Assembly (NCBI GenBank): GCA_945860915.1
Contig: CAMARR010000003.1
Span: forward strand, 58,535 to 122,534
Direction of reading: 5' to 3'
Length of the DNA stretch: 64,000 bases
From: Candidatus Kuenenia stuttgartensis
Lineage (GTDB): Bacteria; Planctomycetota; GCA-002687715; CAIWVZ01
Under the pieces are notes generated by a model that did no database searches, was not told the origin of the DNA, and saw only the letters and a list, made by a program, of their open reading frames with translations. Below, piece by piece: positions 37,666-47,483 of this stretch. The translations under genes and the position numbers were made by a program. Position 1 is the first letter of the stretch. Each line of letters starts with the position of its first letter.

Positions 37666-39782
37666 CGATCGCGTCGCGCCTCTGCCAACCCGGCAAGTGC
37701 ACGTTCGATCTTGGATTTCCGGAGGCCGCAAGCCAGTGGGCGTGCGGCCTCTAGCGCTTTTCTCGCTTCGTCGTTGTCGCCGAGGGCTGCCTCTGCATCT
37801 GCAAGGGCCATGAGCAACCCAGGCCGTGCGGAATCCTGCGCGCCAGACTCCAAAGTGTCGCGCAATCCGTTTCGAACGCGCTCAATCGCGCGAAGCGACG
37901 CCTCACGCCCTTGATCGCTTTCGAGCCGCCGTGCCAGTTCCAGCACGGTGCGAACCCGGGTCTCCGGGTCGGGCGCCTCCCGAACTGCTTCCTCGAGCAT
38001 GGCGATGGCACCTTTAAGATCACCGCGCGACACGTCGATTTCGGCAGCGACGCGAAGGGCTTCATTGCGCGCAACCGTTCCTCGCGCCAATGCCGTTCGT
38101 CCATTCCCCGCCAAATCTGATGTGACGGCTGCACGCGCTGACTCTAGAACCGCTTGTGCATCGGCCGCGCGCGACCGATCACGAAGAAAGTTCGCGTAGT
38201 TAAGGGCGGAACGAAACTCGTGCGGATGAACTCTCAGCTCCTCCTTCCATGTGTTTTCAGCCGCAGTGTCCATTCCGCGAAGCGCGAAGGTCAGTGCAAG
38301 CCCGCCACGCGCTGTCGAAATACTCGGATCCTGCTCAATCGTGAGTCGGAAGAACTTCTCAGCATCGCCAAGCCGCACCTCCTTCACGGCAGGATCAGGC
38401 TCGGTCGACGCGCGGCGGAGATTGAATCTCGCATACGCGAGGGCTGACTGAACACGCGCAGGTGATCGCTCGACCGCTTTTTGAAGGAGATCGGCCACAC
38501 GGTCAAACGAGCCTGGCGCCGATTCAGCGCCACCTTCGCGCTCAAGCAAAGCTGCCGCGAGCACTTGATAGCCCCCACCAACTTGCGGTGCTGATCGGAT
38601 TTGTGATTCAAAAAGCGTATCTACGCTCTGCCATTCGTCCGACCGACGATACGAAAGAACGATGAAGGGAAGTGCACATCCAAACAAGAGCAACGCCGCG
38701 CGGGTCGGAGACTTCCACAGGCGTTCCATGCATATACCGAAAAGCAACGCGGCGCCCGCCATGGGAAGAGTCATGAAGCGCTCGGCGAATGTCTCGCCTG
38801 TTCTGTAGACAATATTTAACACGGGAACAAGCGGAATAAAGAACAAGAGGTAGCCGAATGCGCCGCGAGCCCTAAGTCGGTCCGATTCTTCACGTGACCA
38901 CGCCGCCCACACAGCAAAGAGCGATGCGAGGAGAACCATCCCTCCAAGAAGGATTCGGGCAGACGACACGGGGATCGTCGGGTCGTCGTACTCATTGATC
39001 AGCGGCATGGGCGCGACGACTTTCGACGCATAATCCGCAAGGAACTGAAGTCCGAAGAGAAATCGTTCCCAAAGTGATACTCCGCCCAACACCTGCATGG
39101 CACCTTCCGGCCCTATCGTTCCGAGAACGTGAAGCCTAAAGGACAGCGCAGCGGCAAGAGCAACTCCAGTCACCATCAGGTGTAGCCGACGCGCGGCGAG
39201 AGGTAAGCCGGGCAGGAGCGGCAGCAGAAAGAGGACAACGGCTCCTTGCTCCTTCGCGAACGTGGCGGCGACGACTAGCAACGCTGCCAAGCTCGCGCGC
39301 GCAAAACCCGGACGTGATCCAACCCATAGCGCTAACAGACTGAACCACGCCATGAGCAACTCAGAGCGACCCGATATCCAGTTCACTGCCTCGGTTCGCA
39401 CGGGATGAACCGCGTACAGCGTCGCGGCTGCCGCAGCGAGACCCGGATGCAGCCCAAGGGTCATGAGAAGGCCTGCGAAGGTGGCTGCGAGAAGAGCAGC
39501 CAACAGGAGGTTGGTATCGTGAAATGCCGTAGGGGTTTCGCCTCCCCGCCGCGCGTCTAACGCCAAGCTGACCGTGGTCATCGGTCGATAGAGGCCCAAG
39601 AGATCTCCGCTGGAAGGCGCAAACGGCGTCAAAAATGCCTCAAGCAACGGCCTACCACCAACGACTTGCGGGTTGTTCACGACGTAGACCGCATCGTCGC
39701 GAATCCACCCCCCCGTTCGCGCGGGCAATGCCAGAACAACAGCAAGCAGCGCCGGAACCAAAAATGCCGCCCATCGTGCCAT
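37662..39782 (-). CDS. TMTC-like membrane glycosyltransferase (GT-C fold) with C-terminal TPR repeats
   Basis: [50 protein letters not shown]; TPR-like helical C-terminus. Confidence 0.8.
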   Translation of the reverse strand: MARWAAFLVPALLAVVLALPARTGGWIRDDAVYVVNNPQVVGGRPLLEAFLTPFAPSSGDLLGLYRPMTTVSLALDARRGGETPTAFHDTNLLLAALLAATFAGLLMTLGLHPGLAAAAATLYAVHPVRTEAVNWISGRSELLMAWFSLLALWVGSRPGFARASLAALLVVAATFAKEQGAVVLFLLPLLPGLPLAARRLHLMVTGVALAAALSFRLHVLGTIGPEGAMQVLGGVSLWERFLFGLQFLADYASKVVAPMPLINEYDDPTIPVSSARILLGGMVLLASLFAVWAAWSREESDRLRARGAFGYLLFFIPLVPVLNIVYRTGETFAERFMTLPMAGAALLFGICMERLWKSPTRAALLLFGCALPFIVLSYRRSDEWQSVDTLFESQIRSAPQVGGGYQVLAAALLEREGGAESAPGSFDRVADLLQKAVERSPARVQSALAYARFNLRRASTEPDPAVKEVRLGDAEKFFRLTIEQDPSISTARGGLALTFALRGMDTAAENTWKEELRVHPHEFRSALNYANFLRDRSRAADAQAVLESARAAVTSDLAGNGRTALARGTVARNEALRVAAEIDVSRGDLKGAIAMLEEAVREAPDPETRVRTVLELARRLESDQGREASLRAIERVRNGLRDTLESGAQDSARPGLLMALADAEAALGDNDEARKALEAARPLACGLRKSKIERALAGLAEARRDR

Positions 39783-39835
39783 GCCCCGATGATGCTCTTA
39801 GGTTCCCGGCAGTGCAACCCGGATAGGATGAGTCT

Positions 39836-41344
39836 GTGAAAGCGCAGATATTGATCCTCTCGGGGCCGCAACGGGGGAAGACCGTCACCTCCGGCAAGGA
39901 TTCGATTCTCATCGGCGGCGACCCCACCACCGAGGTGTGTGTGGGATTGGGTCCGCAGATCAAGCCGATCCAAGCGAAGCTGATCTACGACCACGACGCG
40001 TGCGCCTTTCACTTGCGCCGAATCGACGGCCACGTCTTCGTCAATCACAACGAGATCGAAGAGATCATTTTGGCCGAGGACGATCTCATCGAGATCGGAA
40101 TCAACGGGCCACAGGTCCGATTTCGGACGTACCCGGAGCTCGGTTCGGTTTGCAAACCGGTTCACCGCATGTTGCGCGACGCGCGCGACGTGAAGGACAA
40201 AACTGGTTCCGTGCAGGCCGCTGGTTTGGCTCTCTTCCGCGACCTATTCACTCAAGCCACCTGGCAACTCAAGGTGTTCTTCCCGATTGGCGTTGCCGCA
40301 TTGGTGTTCCTAATTTCCCTCGGCGCCGGATGGATGGGTGGGCATCTCGACACAGACCAGGAAGCCGAAATGGCGCGGCTGCGTGACGAAAGTCGTCGAT
40401 TCTCCGAAGAACTCGATTCACAGCGCAAGGCGACCTCAGCTGCGCTTGAGCGAGTCACACGAGATCTGGAAGCGCAGCAAGTCGCAGCATCGCGGAATGT
40501 CTCGTCCAAGGACCTCGAGACTCTTCGAGCAGAGTTCTCGGCACGTGCCGTCGCCATCGACGACATGATCAAGAATGATGCCGCACTCAAGCACGTCTTA
40601 GAGGAAGACTCTAAGTCGGTGGCGCTCATCCACGGGTCGGTTGGATTCAAGACGTCGGCTGGAGTGTGGCTCAAAGACCGGGATGGCGACCGCATTGAAC
40701 TCGAGTACACGGGCTCCGGGTTCATCATCACAGCCGACGGCATCCTCGTGACCAACCGGCATGTCGCACAGCCATGGTGGAAGAACGACTCCGCCCAGGC
40801 GGCAATTAGCGCCGGTTGCTCGCCGGAGTGGCTGCGTCTTGTGGCCGTGTTTCCTAGTCGCAAGCCGATCGACATCGACCCCAAGAGCATTCGCCTGCGT
40901 GCGGACGAGATCGACGTGGCACTGATGTCCGTCAAAGCGGATGGACTCCTTCCGCTTCCTCTCAGCGAAGCCGACCCCAAGTCACTGCGCGGTCGTCGCA
41001 TTGTGCTGCTTGGCTACCCGACTGGAGTGAAGGCCCTCTTGGCCAAGGCTGAACAGGATGTCGCAGAAGCAGTGACCGCAACAGCCAATTCGCTTTCCGA
41101 AGTCTTAGAGGGTCTCGCAAGCCGCGGAGCCGTCGCACCTGTCGCGACACAGGGCGCCCTCAACGATGTCGGCGTTTCGAAACTCGTCTTCGATGCCGAC
41201 ACGACATCCGGCGGATCGGGCGGTCCCATCTTCGGACCCGATGGCCGCGTGATAGGTGTCGCATTCGCCATTGTCCGTGACTTCGGCGGATCCAATCTAG
41301 GTGTGCCGATTCGCTTCGCCAAGGAACTCCTATCGAAGCCCTGA
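39836..41344 (+). CDS. FHA-like domain, TM helix, coiled coil and trypsin-like serine protease
   Basis: FVN...L-x3-DLIEIG-x2-GP (FHA-like), TM helix, GSGFII, TNRHV, DVAL, GGSGGP. Confidence 0.85.
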   Translation: MKAQILILSGPQRGKTVTSGKDSILIGGDPTTEVCVGLGPQIKPIQAKLIYDHDACAFHLRRIDGHVFVNHNEIEEIILAEDDLIEIGINGPQVRFRTYPELGSVCKPVHRMLRDARDVKDKTGSVQAAGLALFRDLFTQATWQLKVFFPIGVAALVFLISLGAGWMGGHLDTDQEAEMARLRDESRRFSEELDSQRKATSAALERVTRDLEAQQVAASRNVSSKDLETLRAEFSARAVAIDDMIKNDAALKHVLEEDSKSVALIHGSVGFKTSAGVWLKDRDGDRIELEYTGSGFIITADGILVTNRHVAQPWWKNDSAQAAISAGCSPEWLRLVAVFPSRKPIDIDPKSIRLRADEIDVALMSVKADGLLPLPLSEADPKSLRGRRIVLLGYPTGVKALLAKAEQDVAEAVTATANSLSEVLEGLASRGAVAPVATQGALNDVGVSKLVFDADTTSGGSGGPIFGPDGRVIGVAFAIVRDFGGSNLGVPIRFAKELLSKP

Positions 41345-41377
41345 CTCGTCCCTGCGCTCGGTGCTAACTTCCGCGTC

Positions 41378-41929
41378 ATGACTGCCCGCAACGAACGCCT
41401 TGTTTGGGTCGACCTCGAGATGACCGGACTTGATCCTCTGCGCTGCAAGATCATTCAGATCGCAACCCTTGTGACCGACAGTGATCTCAACTTGGTTGCC
41501 GAAGGGCCCAACATTGTGTGTCATGCGACTGAAGAGGAGCTCCTCTCGCTGTCGGACTGGTCCCGCGACATGTTCACGAAATCCAAACTCTTGGATCAGG
41601 TTCGGGCTTCGGTGACATCGCGCTCAGAGGCTGAATCGCAGACCGTCGAGTTCCTGAAGCAACATGTTGCACCTGGCTCATCGCCGCTCTGCGGCAATTC
41701 CATTTGGAACGACCGCCAATTCCTGTGGCACGGGATGCGTTCCGTGCACGACTTCGTGCATTACCGAAACATCGATGTTTCTTCGTTCAAAGAGGTACTC
41801 CGGCGTTGGCACCCGACCCGCTACCAGCCGCCATCCAAAAAGAACCTTCACGATGCGATGGCTGACATACACGAGTCCGTCGCTGAACTCCGCTACTATC
41901 GCGATGCCTTCATCGGCCCTAAGGGTTGA
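41378..41929 (+). CDS. orn: Oligoribonuclease
   Basis: LVWVDLEMTGL, PLCGNSI, HYRNIDVSS, H-x-A-x2-DI-x-ES-x2-EL-x-YY. Confidence 0.95.
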   Translation: MTARNERLVWVDLEMTGLDPLRCKIIQIATLVTDSDLNLVAEGPNIVCHATEEELLSLSDWSRDMFTKSKLLDQVRASVTSRSEAESQTVEFLKQHVAPGSSPLCGNSIWNDRQFLWHGMRSVHDFVHYRNIDVSSFKEVLRRWHPTRYQPPSKKNLHDAMADIHESVAELRYYRDAFIGPKG

Positions 41930-42509
41930 ACCGCCGGTACTCAAACAAGTTGGCAAGTGGGGCGGATGAATATCCCGCGACTTCGCCCAGACTACGGGCC
42001 GTGTCCGCAGTCGTCAGAAACAACAGGATTCCCTGATTCCTCTGCGCGACTTTCTCGAGCACTTCGTCCGCGATCGATCCGCATTCGGCCGAAGGCGCCG
42101 TCCTGCCGAGATCCCTTCCAAGAATCGCTGCTCCCTGGGCCTCGACGGCCAATGCCGCGCAGCCGAGTCCCATAAACCCCAATTCGACATCTGTCCCGCC
42201 GACCTGAATCGTCTCAGGCCATGAAACGATCGCGATAGACCTTTCAGCAGAACGACCAAGTGTGATCAATTCGCCAATGAATGTCGGGCCGCCGCCGTCG
42301 GCCGTGAAGCTCGCGGTGGCACGACGCAACTCACCGAGGTTCGGGGACGAGAGCCAGTCGTAGAGGGCCTCTCCCGCATAGGCAACGCCCTCTGTAGACG
42401 CTTTCGCATCTCGCATCCGAAAGAGCGTGGCACCTGATTCCAACTTAAGGAACAGGCGCTTCACTCCTTCACTGAAGTAGCCCGGGTGATAATGAAGTTC
42501 GAATGCCAT
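41919..42509 (-). CDS. Hypothetical protein
   Basis: 196-aa ORF 3 nt downstream of the YqgE gene on the same strand; no motif recognised. Confidence 0.55.
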   Translation of the reverse strand: MAFELHYHPGYFSEGVKRLFLKLESGATLFRMRDAKASTEGVAYAGEALYDWLSSPNLGELRRATASFTADGGGPTFIGELITLGRSAERSIAIVSWPETIQVGGTDVELGFMGLGCAALAVEAQGAAILGRDLGRTAPSAECGSIADEVLEKVAQRNQGILLFLTTADTARSLGEVAGYSSAPLANLFEYRRFNP

Positions 42510-42512
42510 GAA

Positions 42513-43082
42513 TCAGTTGGATCGGAAACCAGACAGCGAATTCGGCGGCAGTGGGAACGGCAACTCGGCTCTGGCCATCGCGTCGTCCCAGAGATCCTCT
42601 GCCGGTGTTCCGAGCAACGTCTCGGTCTCAAGGTCGACAACGTCCCATGATCCCTCGTTGATTTCGTCTTCAAGTTGGCCCTTGGACCACCCTGCGTAGC
42701 CGCGCATAAATCGAAAAGAACTTGGAGCAGGGTCTCGAGCCGACGCGTGCGCCACGTTTGTGAGGAGCTGGAGATCGCCTCCAAGCCACAGGCCGTCGCG
42801 AATGAGTGACCCAGACGAATCGAGATCTCCGCGATTATGGACCACCCAGGCAACCTCCGGCTGAACTGGGCCTGCGATCCACACGACGTCGTGTCGAAAA
42901 TTGAGCCCCTTCATCGAACCGACCAATTCGCCTATTCGAAGCGGCGTCGGTTTGTTCATTACCAAGCCCGTTGCTCCACGCGATGAGCTGTAATCGATCA
43001 ACACGATGACGGATCGAGCAAACACCGGCCCGCTTACGGGTTGGTGCGCGACAAGAGAAACACCCTTGCGAAGACCCTTCAT
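42513..43082 (-). CDS. YqgE/AlgH family protein
   Basis: FARSVI, GLVMNKP, GPVQ, GYAGWSKGQLEDEI...W. Confidence 0.9.
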   Translation of the reverse strand: MKGLRKGVSLVAHQPVSGPVFARSVIVLIDYSSSRGATGLVMNKPTPLRIGELVGSMKGLNFRHDVVWIAGPVQPEVAWVVHNRGDLDSSGSLIRDGLWLGGDLQLLTNVAHASARDPAPSSFRFMRGYAGWSKGQLEDEINEGSWDVVDLETETLLGTPAEDLWDDAMARAELPFPLPPNSLSGFRSN

Positions 43083-43801
43083 GGAGAGACTCTACCGCGA
43101 AATCCATCGGACGCAGATGCGTGCCATGCCGTGGTCCACGCGGCGTGGATGCGCTCGGCAATCTCATTTGAAGTTAGGCCTGCGACACCAAACGGTTCGA
43201 GGAAGTCGATTCTAAGGTCGCGCCGCCACGTGGGCGGGCCATAGCGAAGCAACACCGGCCAGACTTCGACAGACACTCCGCGCGCGGAAGCAGCCACAGC
43301 TGACTCGATTTCATGCGTCCCTCGAATTGGTCGCACGTGATCATTGTCGCGCGTCCCCTCGGGAAAGAAAACGAGCGGTTGTCCTCGATCAAGGATCTCG
43401 CGCCGCACGTCATCTGCCTCCGCATTGATCGAAGCCATGACCTGCATGGCTTCATCCTTCGTCAGGCCGCGGCGTTCCTTGAGTCGGAGGATCTCCTTCG
43501 GGCGCATCACAGGGAAACCTCCGCAGACTCGGAGGAGCGGCACGATCCTTCCAAGCACCGCATAGCCGACAAATGAACCCATTTGAAAGTTGGATCGAAG
43601 CCCGAGCAACGCGTGTACCTGCCACGACATAGCGGGGATATCCCACCCTGATCCATGTTTCGCGGCAACGAGCACAGCACCAGTCGGTCGACGACCGTGC
43701 GAAACGACCGTCACACGATGGCGAAGGCGAAGCAACCAGGAGGACACTAGATTCGTGGGGTGCCACAGCCAGGGGAGAATTCGGATCTTGGAGTCGGACA
43801 T
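43079..43801 (-). CDS. 1-acyl-sn-glycerol-3-phosphate acyltransferase-like protein
   Basis: H-x4-D (HGSGWD), GGFPV-x-R, FFPEGTR. Confidence 0.8.
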   Translation of the reverse strand: MSDSKIRILPWLWHPTNLVSSWLLRLRHRVTVVSHGRRPTGAVLVAAKHGSGWDIPAMSWQVHALLGLRSNFQMGSFVGYAVLGRIVPLLRVCGGFPVMRPKEILRLKERRGLTKDEAMQVMASINAEADDVRREILDRGQPLVFFPEGTRDNDHVRPIRGTHEIESAVAASARGVSVEVWPVLLRYGPPTWRRDLRIDFLEPFGVAGLTSNEIAERIHAAWTTAWHASASDGFRGRVSP

Positions 43802-43839
43802 CGGAGATGAATGCTAGCGAAGACTCATGCAACGCGCGG

Positions 43840-44346
43840 TCAGCCATCAAAGAGCTTGGCGCAGCAGACCTTGTACTTCTTGCCCGACCCACAAAAACAC
43901 GGGTCGTTCCGTCCGAGCTTAGTGCCAGGGCGTTTGAACGGGACTTGCGGAGCATCACTGCGACGTCGCCCGCGCGTCGGGTCGGCGCACGCGGTCTGGA
44001 AGGCCGACCGTGCGGCTCCGACAGCCATGACGATCTCGAATGGACTGACGCCCGGCTGCTGCGCGATTGAAAAAAGCAGAAACTCTTCGAGAAGGTCGGG
44101 GACATCATCAAGCCAAGCCTCGGACCCACCCACACGTGCGGGTAGATGGCTTGTCAGCATCTCGCGCACGCGCTCGCCGTCGAGATCGCGTGGCGTCACC
44201 GCAACATCTTCTGAACACACTGCGACCATGACTTCTAGAATCGGCGCAAGGGAAGCACCCAAGCGCTCCGTCGCACGACGACCGGCGTCTCCGTCACGAA
44301 ATGACGCGGCGAGGAGTCGCCAGTAATCCACGAGACCGTCCGTCAT
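43840..44346 (-). CDS. SEC-C motif protein
   Basis: C-terminal KLGRNDPCFCGSGKKYKVCC; ATGA overlap with the DUF692 gene. Confidence 0.85.
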   Translation of the reverse strand: MTDGLVDYWRLLAASFRDGDAGRRATERLGASLAPILEVMVAVCSEDVAVTPRDLDGERVREMLTSHLPARVGGSEAWLDDVPDLLEEFLLFSIAQQPGVSPFEIVMAVGAARSAFQTACADPTRGRRRSDAPQVPFKRPGTKLGRNDPCFCGSGKKYKVCCAKLFDG

Positions 44347-46124
44347 GACGCGGAGTCACCCGCGAGCAACACGCCATCGCGCACCAAACTTGCCGAAAGT
44401 TCGCGCACTTCGGCGACGTCTACCTCAAAGTCGCGGGCGATCGCGAGAAGATCCTCTTCCGCAAGCGGAGAAATCGCCGCCGCACGCAGCAGCGATGCTG
44501 TCCCTGGATCCAGTATTTCTGCGGCTCCCGTCGGGACTTTGAATGCGTCGATGCAGGCCCCCGGAGACAAAAGGATGAACTCATCTTCGTCGCCAAGCTC
44601 GGGTCGCGGCAAGCCATTGAGCTTGCCGTTTCTGAGCGCCGCCAAGACAGCGAGCCATCCATCGAGTGTGCCTTCGGGACACGCGACGACCGCGACGGCC
44701 CCCGAGACCCCGAGCGTTCCCTTCGACGGCCGCGGCCCCGGCGATGTACGCCGAACACTGACAAGCGCTTGCTCGAGATAAGCCACGCTCTTTAAGAATC
44801 GATCGTCGCGCGTCTTCACTCGTTCGACCGCATAGGAAGCGAAACCGATGGGAAGCCTCCCTTGTGACGCAACCGTGTTGTGAAAATGGTCCGTTCGAAC
44901 AAACTCCGCGACGAATCCAGGGTCCGCTTGATGATCCATCGCAAGTGCGACCGTTGCCGAACACTCGAGACTGGCGTTCCCCAACACTTGCGCCGCACGA
45001 CGACCACCGTGATCAGCAGTGACACCCTCGATTGGCGCTGCGATCAGCAGATCACGCGCAATGGGTTCGAGGCCGTCCCCCTGTCTCGAAACCGAATCAC
45101 CCGCCCGCCACGCCCTTGCAAGGCCAACGTCAAGCTCACAACGGAAGAGAAACCGCTGGAGCGGCATCAGAGCGTTCGGTGCGAGTGTTGGTGTGGGGTC
45201 TTCTGAGCGAACCAGCTGCGTCGATGCAGCACGTGCATGGGGCTGACGCGTAGGCGCGGAGGCATTCCAAGCATTTACCACGCGTTGGAAAAGCGGAACA
45301 ACTTGCTGGATCGGATTGCGTTCGCACTCGACAACCACCGCCCTCAGATTATTCGCGCGGCCCATCACGAAGTCCAGCATGTCCCACAACTCGGGGAGGG
45401 GCTCCACTCCGTGGTCATCATCAACGAAGATCTTCCCGGCGTGACGGAAGGGTGAACCTCCGGCAACATGGATTTCAACCACCCTCCACCAAGGGAAGTC
45501 GGTGAAGCCGTCGAGTGGCGCATGTCCCGTCACTCGCTGGTAAACGGCGAGATGCGCGAGGTCGATGAGAATCGCCGAATCCGCGTGATCCGCAACACGG
45601 GCCCAATAGTCGAGCAGGTGAAGGCGCCCGAGGTAGACATGCGCAGGAGGGTTTTCAGGAAGCACCTCGAATCCAGTGGCTTCGCGCAGACGCACGACGG
45701 ACTCGGCCATCAGGCGAGCAGATGCGGGCTCGAGAATCGGTGGCTGAAGAAGCCCATGGCCGCGATCTCTTGCGCCCGCATGCCAGAGTCCGGCGTCGCC
45801 GCAAAGCCAAACCGCATTAGCCTGCCGGGCGAGTGCCGCCGTTGAGTTCATCCAGTCGTTCGTCAGACTCGATGGGTCTTCGAGATTCGCGTCAAGGAAG
45901 TGATAGGTCGTCGGTGCGCCCGTCGAGATCCAAGCCTGCGCCGTGGCGTCCATGCCGCGATCGAGATCGGCTCCGATCTCCAGGAACCTAGCAAACTCTC
46001 CGTGCGAGCTGCGCAACTCGAGCGGATCGACGCCCGACCGACTCGCGCCAAACTCAGTCGAGATGCCTACGCCGAGCTCGGGAAGCCGCGCAATGCGATC
46101 TGCAAAGGAAGACGCGTGAGACAT
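44343..46124 (-). CDS. DUF692/MNIO-family multinuclear non-heme iron enzyme fused to a C-terminal partner-like domain
   Basis: LP-x-LGVG, FLEI, H (YHFL), LPENPP, IDLAH, EIHVAGG, DDH, VECE in the N-terminal ~285 aa; ~290-aa helical/wHTH-like C-terminal part. Confidence 0.78.
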   Translation of the reverse strand: MSHASSFADRIARLPELGVGISTEFGASRSGVDPLELRSSHGEFARFLEIGADLDRGMDATAQAWISTGAPTTYHFLDANLEDPSSLTNDWMNSTAALARQANAVWLCGDAGLWHAGARDRGHGLLQPPILEPASARLMAESVVRLREATGFEVLPENPPAHVYLGRLHLLDYWARVADHADSAILIDLAHLAVYQRVTGHAPLDGFTDFPWWRVVEIHVAGGSPFRHAGKIFVDDDHGVEPLPELWDMLDFVMGRANNLRAVVVECERNPIQQVVPLFQRVVNAWNASAPTRQPHARAASTQLVRSEDPTPTLAPNALMPLQRFLFRCELDVGLARAWRAGDSVSRQGDGLEPIARDLLIAAPIEGVTADHGGRRAAQVLGNASLECSATVALAMDHQADPGFVAEFVRTDHFHNTVASQGRLPIGFASYAVERVKTRDDRFLKSVAYLEQALVSVRRTSPGPRPSKGTLGVSGAVAVVACPEGTLDGWLAVLAALRNGKLNGLPRPELGDEDEFILLSPGACIDAFKVPTGAAEILDPGTASLLRAAAISPLAEEDLLAIARDFEVDVAEVRELSASLVRDGVLLAGDSAS

Positions 46125-46133
46125 GATGTCGAC

Positions 46134-47474
46134 TTATGTCAGAGATTCTGTGGCGACACCCATGAGATGCGCCATCCAACGATCAACCATATCGCGCCGT
46201 CGCCCCTCAACCATGATGCGAAGCAGAGGCTCGGTCCCCGACCATCGGATGAGGACACGTCCCTCACTGCCCATTTCCTGCTCCGCTGCCGCGATGGCCT
46301 CGGGCAATCCTGCGATTGCTGCGATGGGAACCTTGGCTTTCGCGTGAATATTCTTAAGCACCTGAGGGAAGGTCTCCATTTCACGCGCGAGCTCGGCCAG
46401 CGCCATGTCACGGCGCGTCATCACCTCTAGAACACGAAGGGCCGCATAAAGTCCGTCGCCCGACCAGCGGGCGCCTTCGCGAAAAATGATGTGCCCCGAC
46501 TGCTCGCCACCGAGAACGGCTCCCATCTCGTCCATCTTTTGAGACACAAAGCGATCACCTACCGGCGTGATCTCAAGCTTGATGCCATCGTTCTTTACGA
46601 AGTGGTGAAGACCTAGGTTTGACATCACCGTTGTCACAAGCAAACGGTCGACGAGTTCACCTCGCGCTGCGAGATCCCGAGCAAGGATGCCCATGATGGC
46701 GTCGCCATCGCGCAGCTTGCCATCTTCGTCCAACATCAAGACTCGATCAGCGTCTCCATCAAGTGCAATCGCAATCGCCCCGCGATGCCGTCTGACCAGT
46801 GGCGCCATCGCTTCAACCGCGACGACTCCCGCGTTGTCGTTGATGTTGTGTCCTGTCGGCTCCGCGTTCACAACGACGACGGACGCACCCAGCGCATTCA
46901 GGAGCTCCGGTCCGATGGAAGACGCGGCGCCGTGCGCACAGTCGAGAATCAACGTGCGACCTACGAGGGACAGCTTCGTTAGCCGTTGACGCATAGCTGC
47001 GACGTAGCGATGCGATGCGCCTTCATCCTTGCTCCGGAGCGCCCGAGGCGCCGCGACGATGCCGGGGTCCTGATCAATGAGTGTCTCAATCCGGATCTCA
47101 TCCGCGTCGGGCAATTTGCGGCCGTCACGTCCAAAGAACTTGATGCCATTGTCCGGCGCAGGATTGTGTGACGCCGAAACTACAATGGCGAGATCGAAGC
47201 CCTCTTCCCTCGCGATCCACTGCACGGCAGGCGTCGTGAGAATCCCACCGTCGGACACGGCAACTCCCGCCCCAAGGAATCCAGACGCTAGGGCATCGGT
47301 CATCCAGGGGCCCGACGTGCGTGTGTCGCGACCAATCAGAATGCGGCGTGAGCCACCCATTGACGCCACGTAGGCACCAGCAGCACGGCCATAGGCCTCG
47401 ACACGTTCGCGTGTGAGAGCCCCAACGCCCGCGAGACCTCGAATGCCATCGGTTCCGAAATACTTGCGACTCAA
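46134..47474 (-). CDS. glmM: Phosphoglucosamine mutase
   Basis: KYFGTDGIRG, GRDTRTSG, SASHNP, DGDADR, GGEQSGH, R-x-SGTEP. Confidence 0.95.
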   Translation of the reverse strand: MSRKYFGTDGIRGLAGVGALTRERVEAYGRAAGAYVASMGGSRRILIGRDTRTSGPWMTDALASGFLGAGVAVSDGGILTTPAVQWIAREEGFDLAIVVSASHNPAPDNGIKFFGRDGRKLPDADEIRIETLIDQDPGIVAAPRALRSKDEGASHRYVAAMRQRLTKLSLVGRTLILDCAHGAASSIGPELLNALGASVVVVNAEPTGHNINDNAGVVAVEAMAPLVRRHRGAIAIALDGDADRVLMLDEDGKLRDGDAIMGILARDLAARGELVDRLLVTTVMSNLGLHHFVKNDGIKLEITPVGDRFVSQKMDEMGAVLGGEQSGHIIFREGARWSGDGLYAALRVLEVMTRRDMALAELAREMETFPQVLKNIHAKAKVPIAAIAGLPEAIAAAEQEMGSEGRVLIRWSGTEPLLRIMVEGRRRDMVDRWMAHLMGVATESLT

Positions 47475-47483
47475 CTCGCCCCC

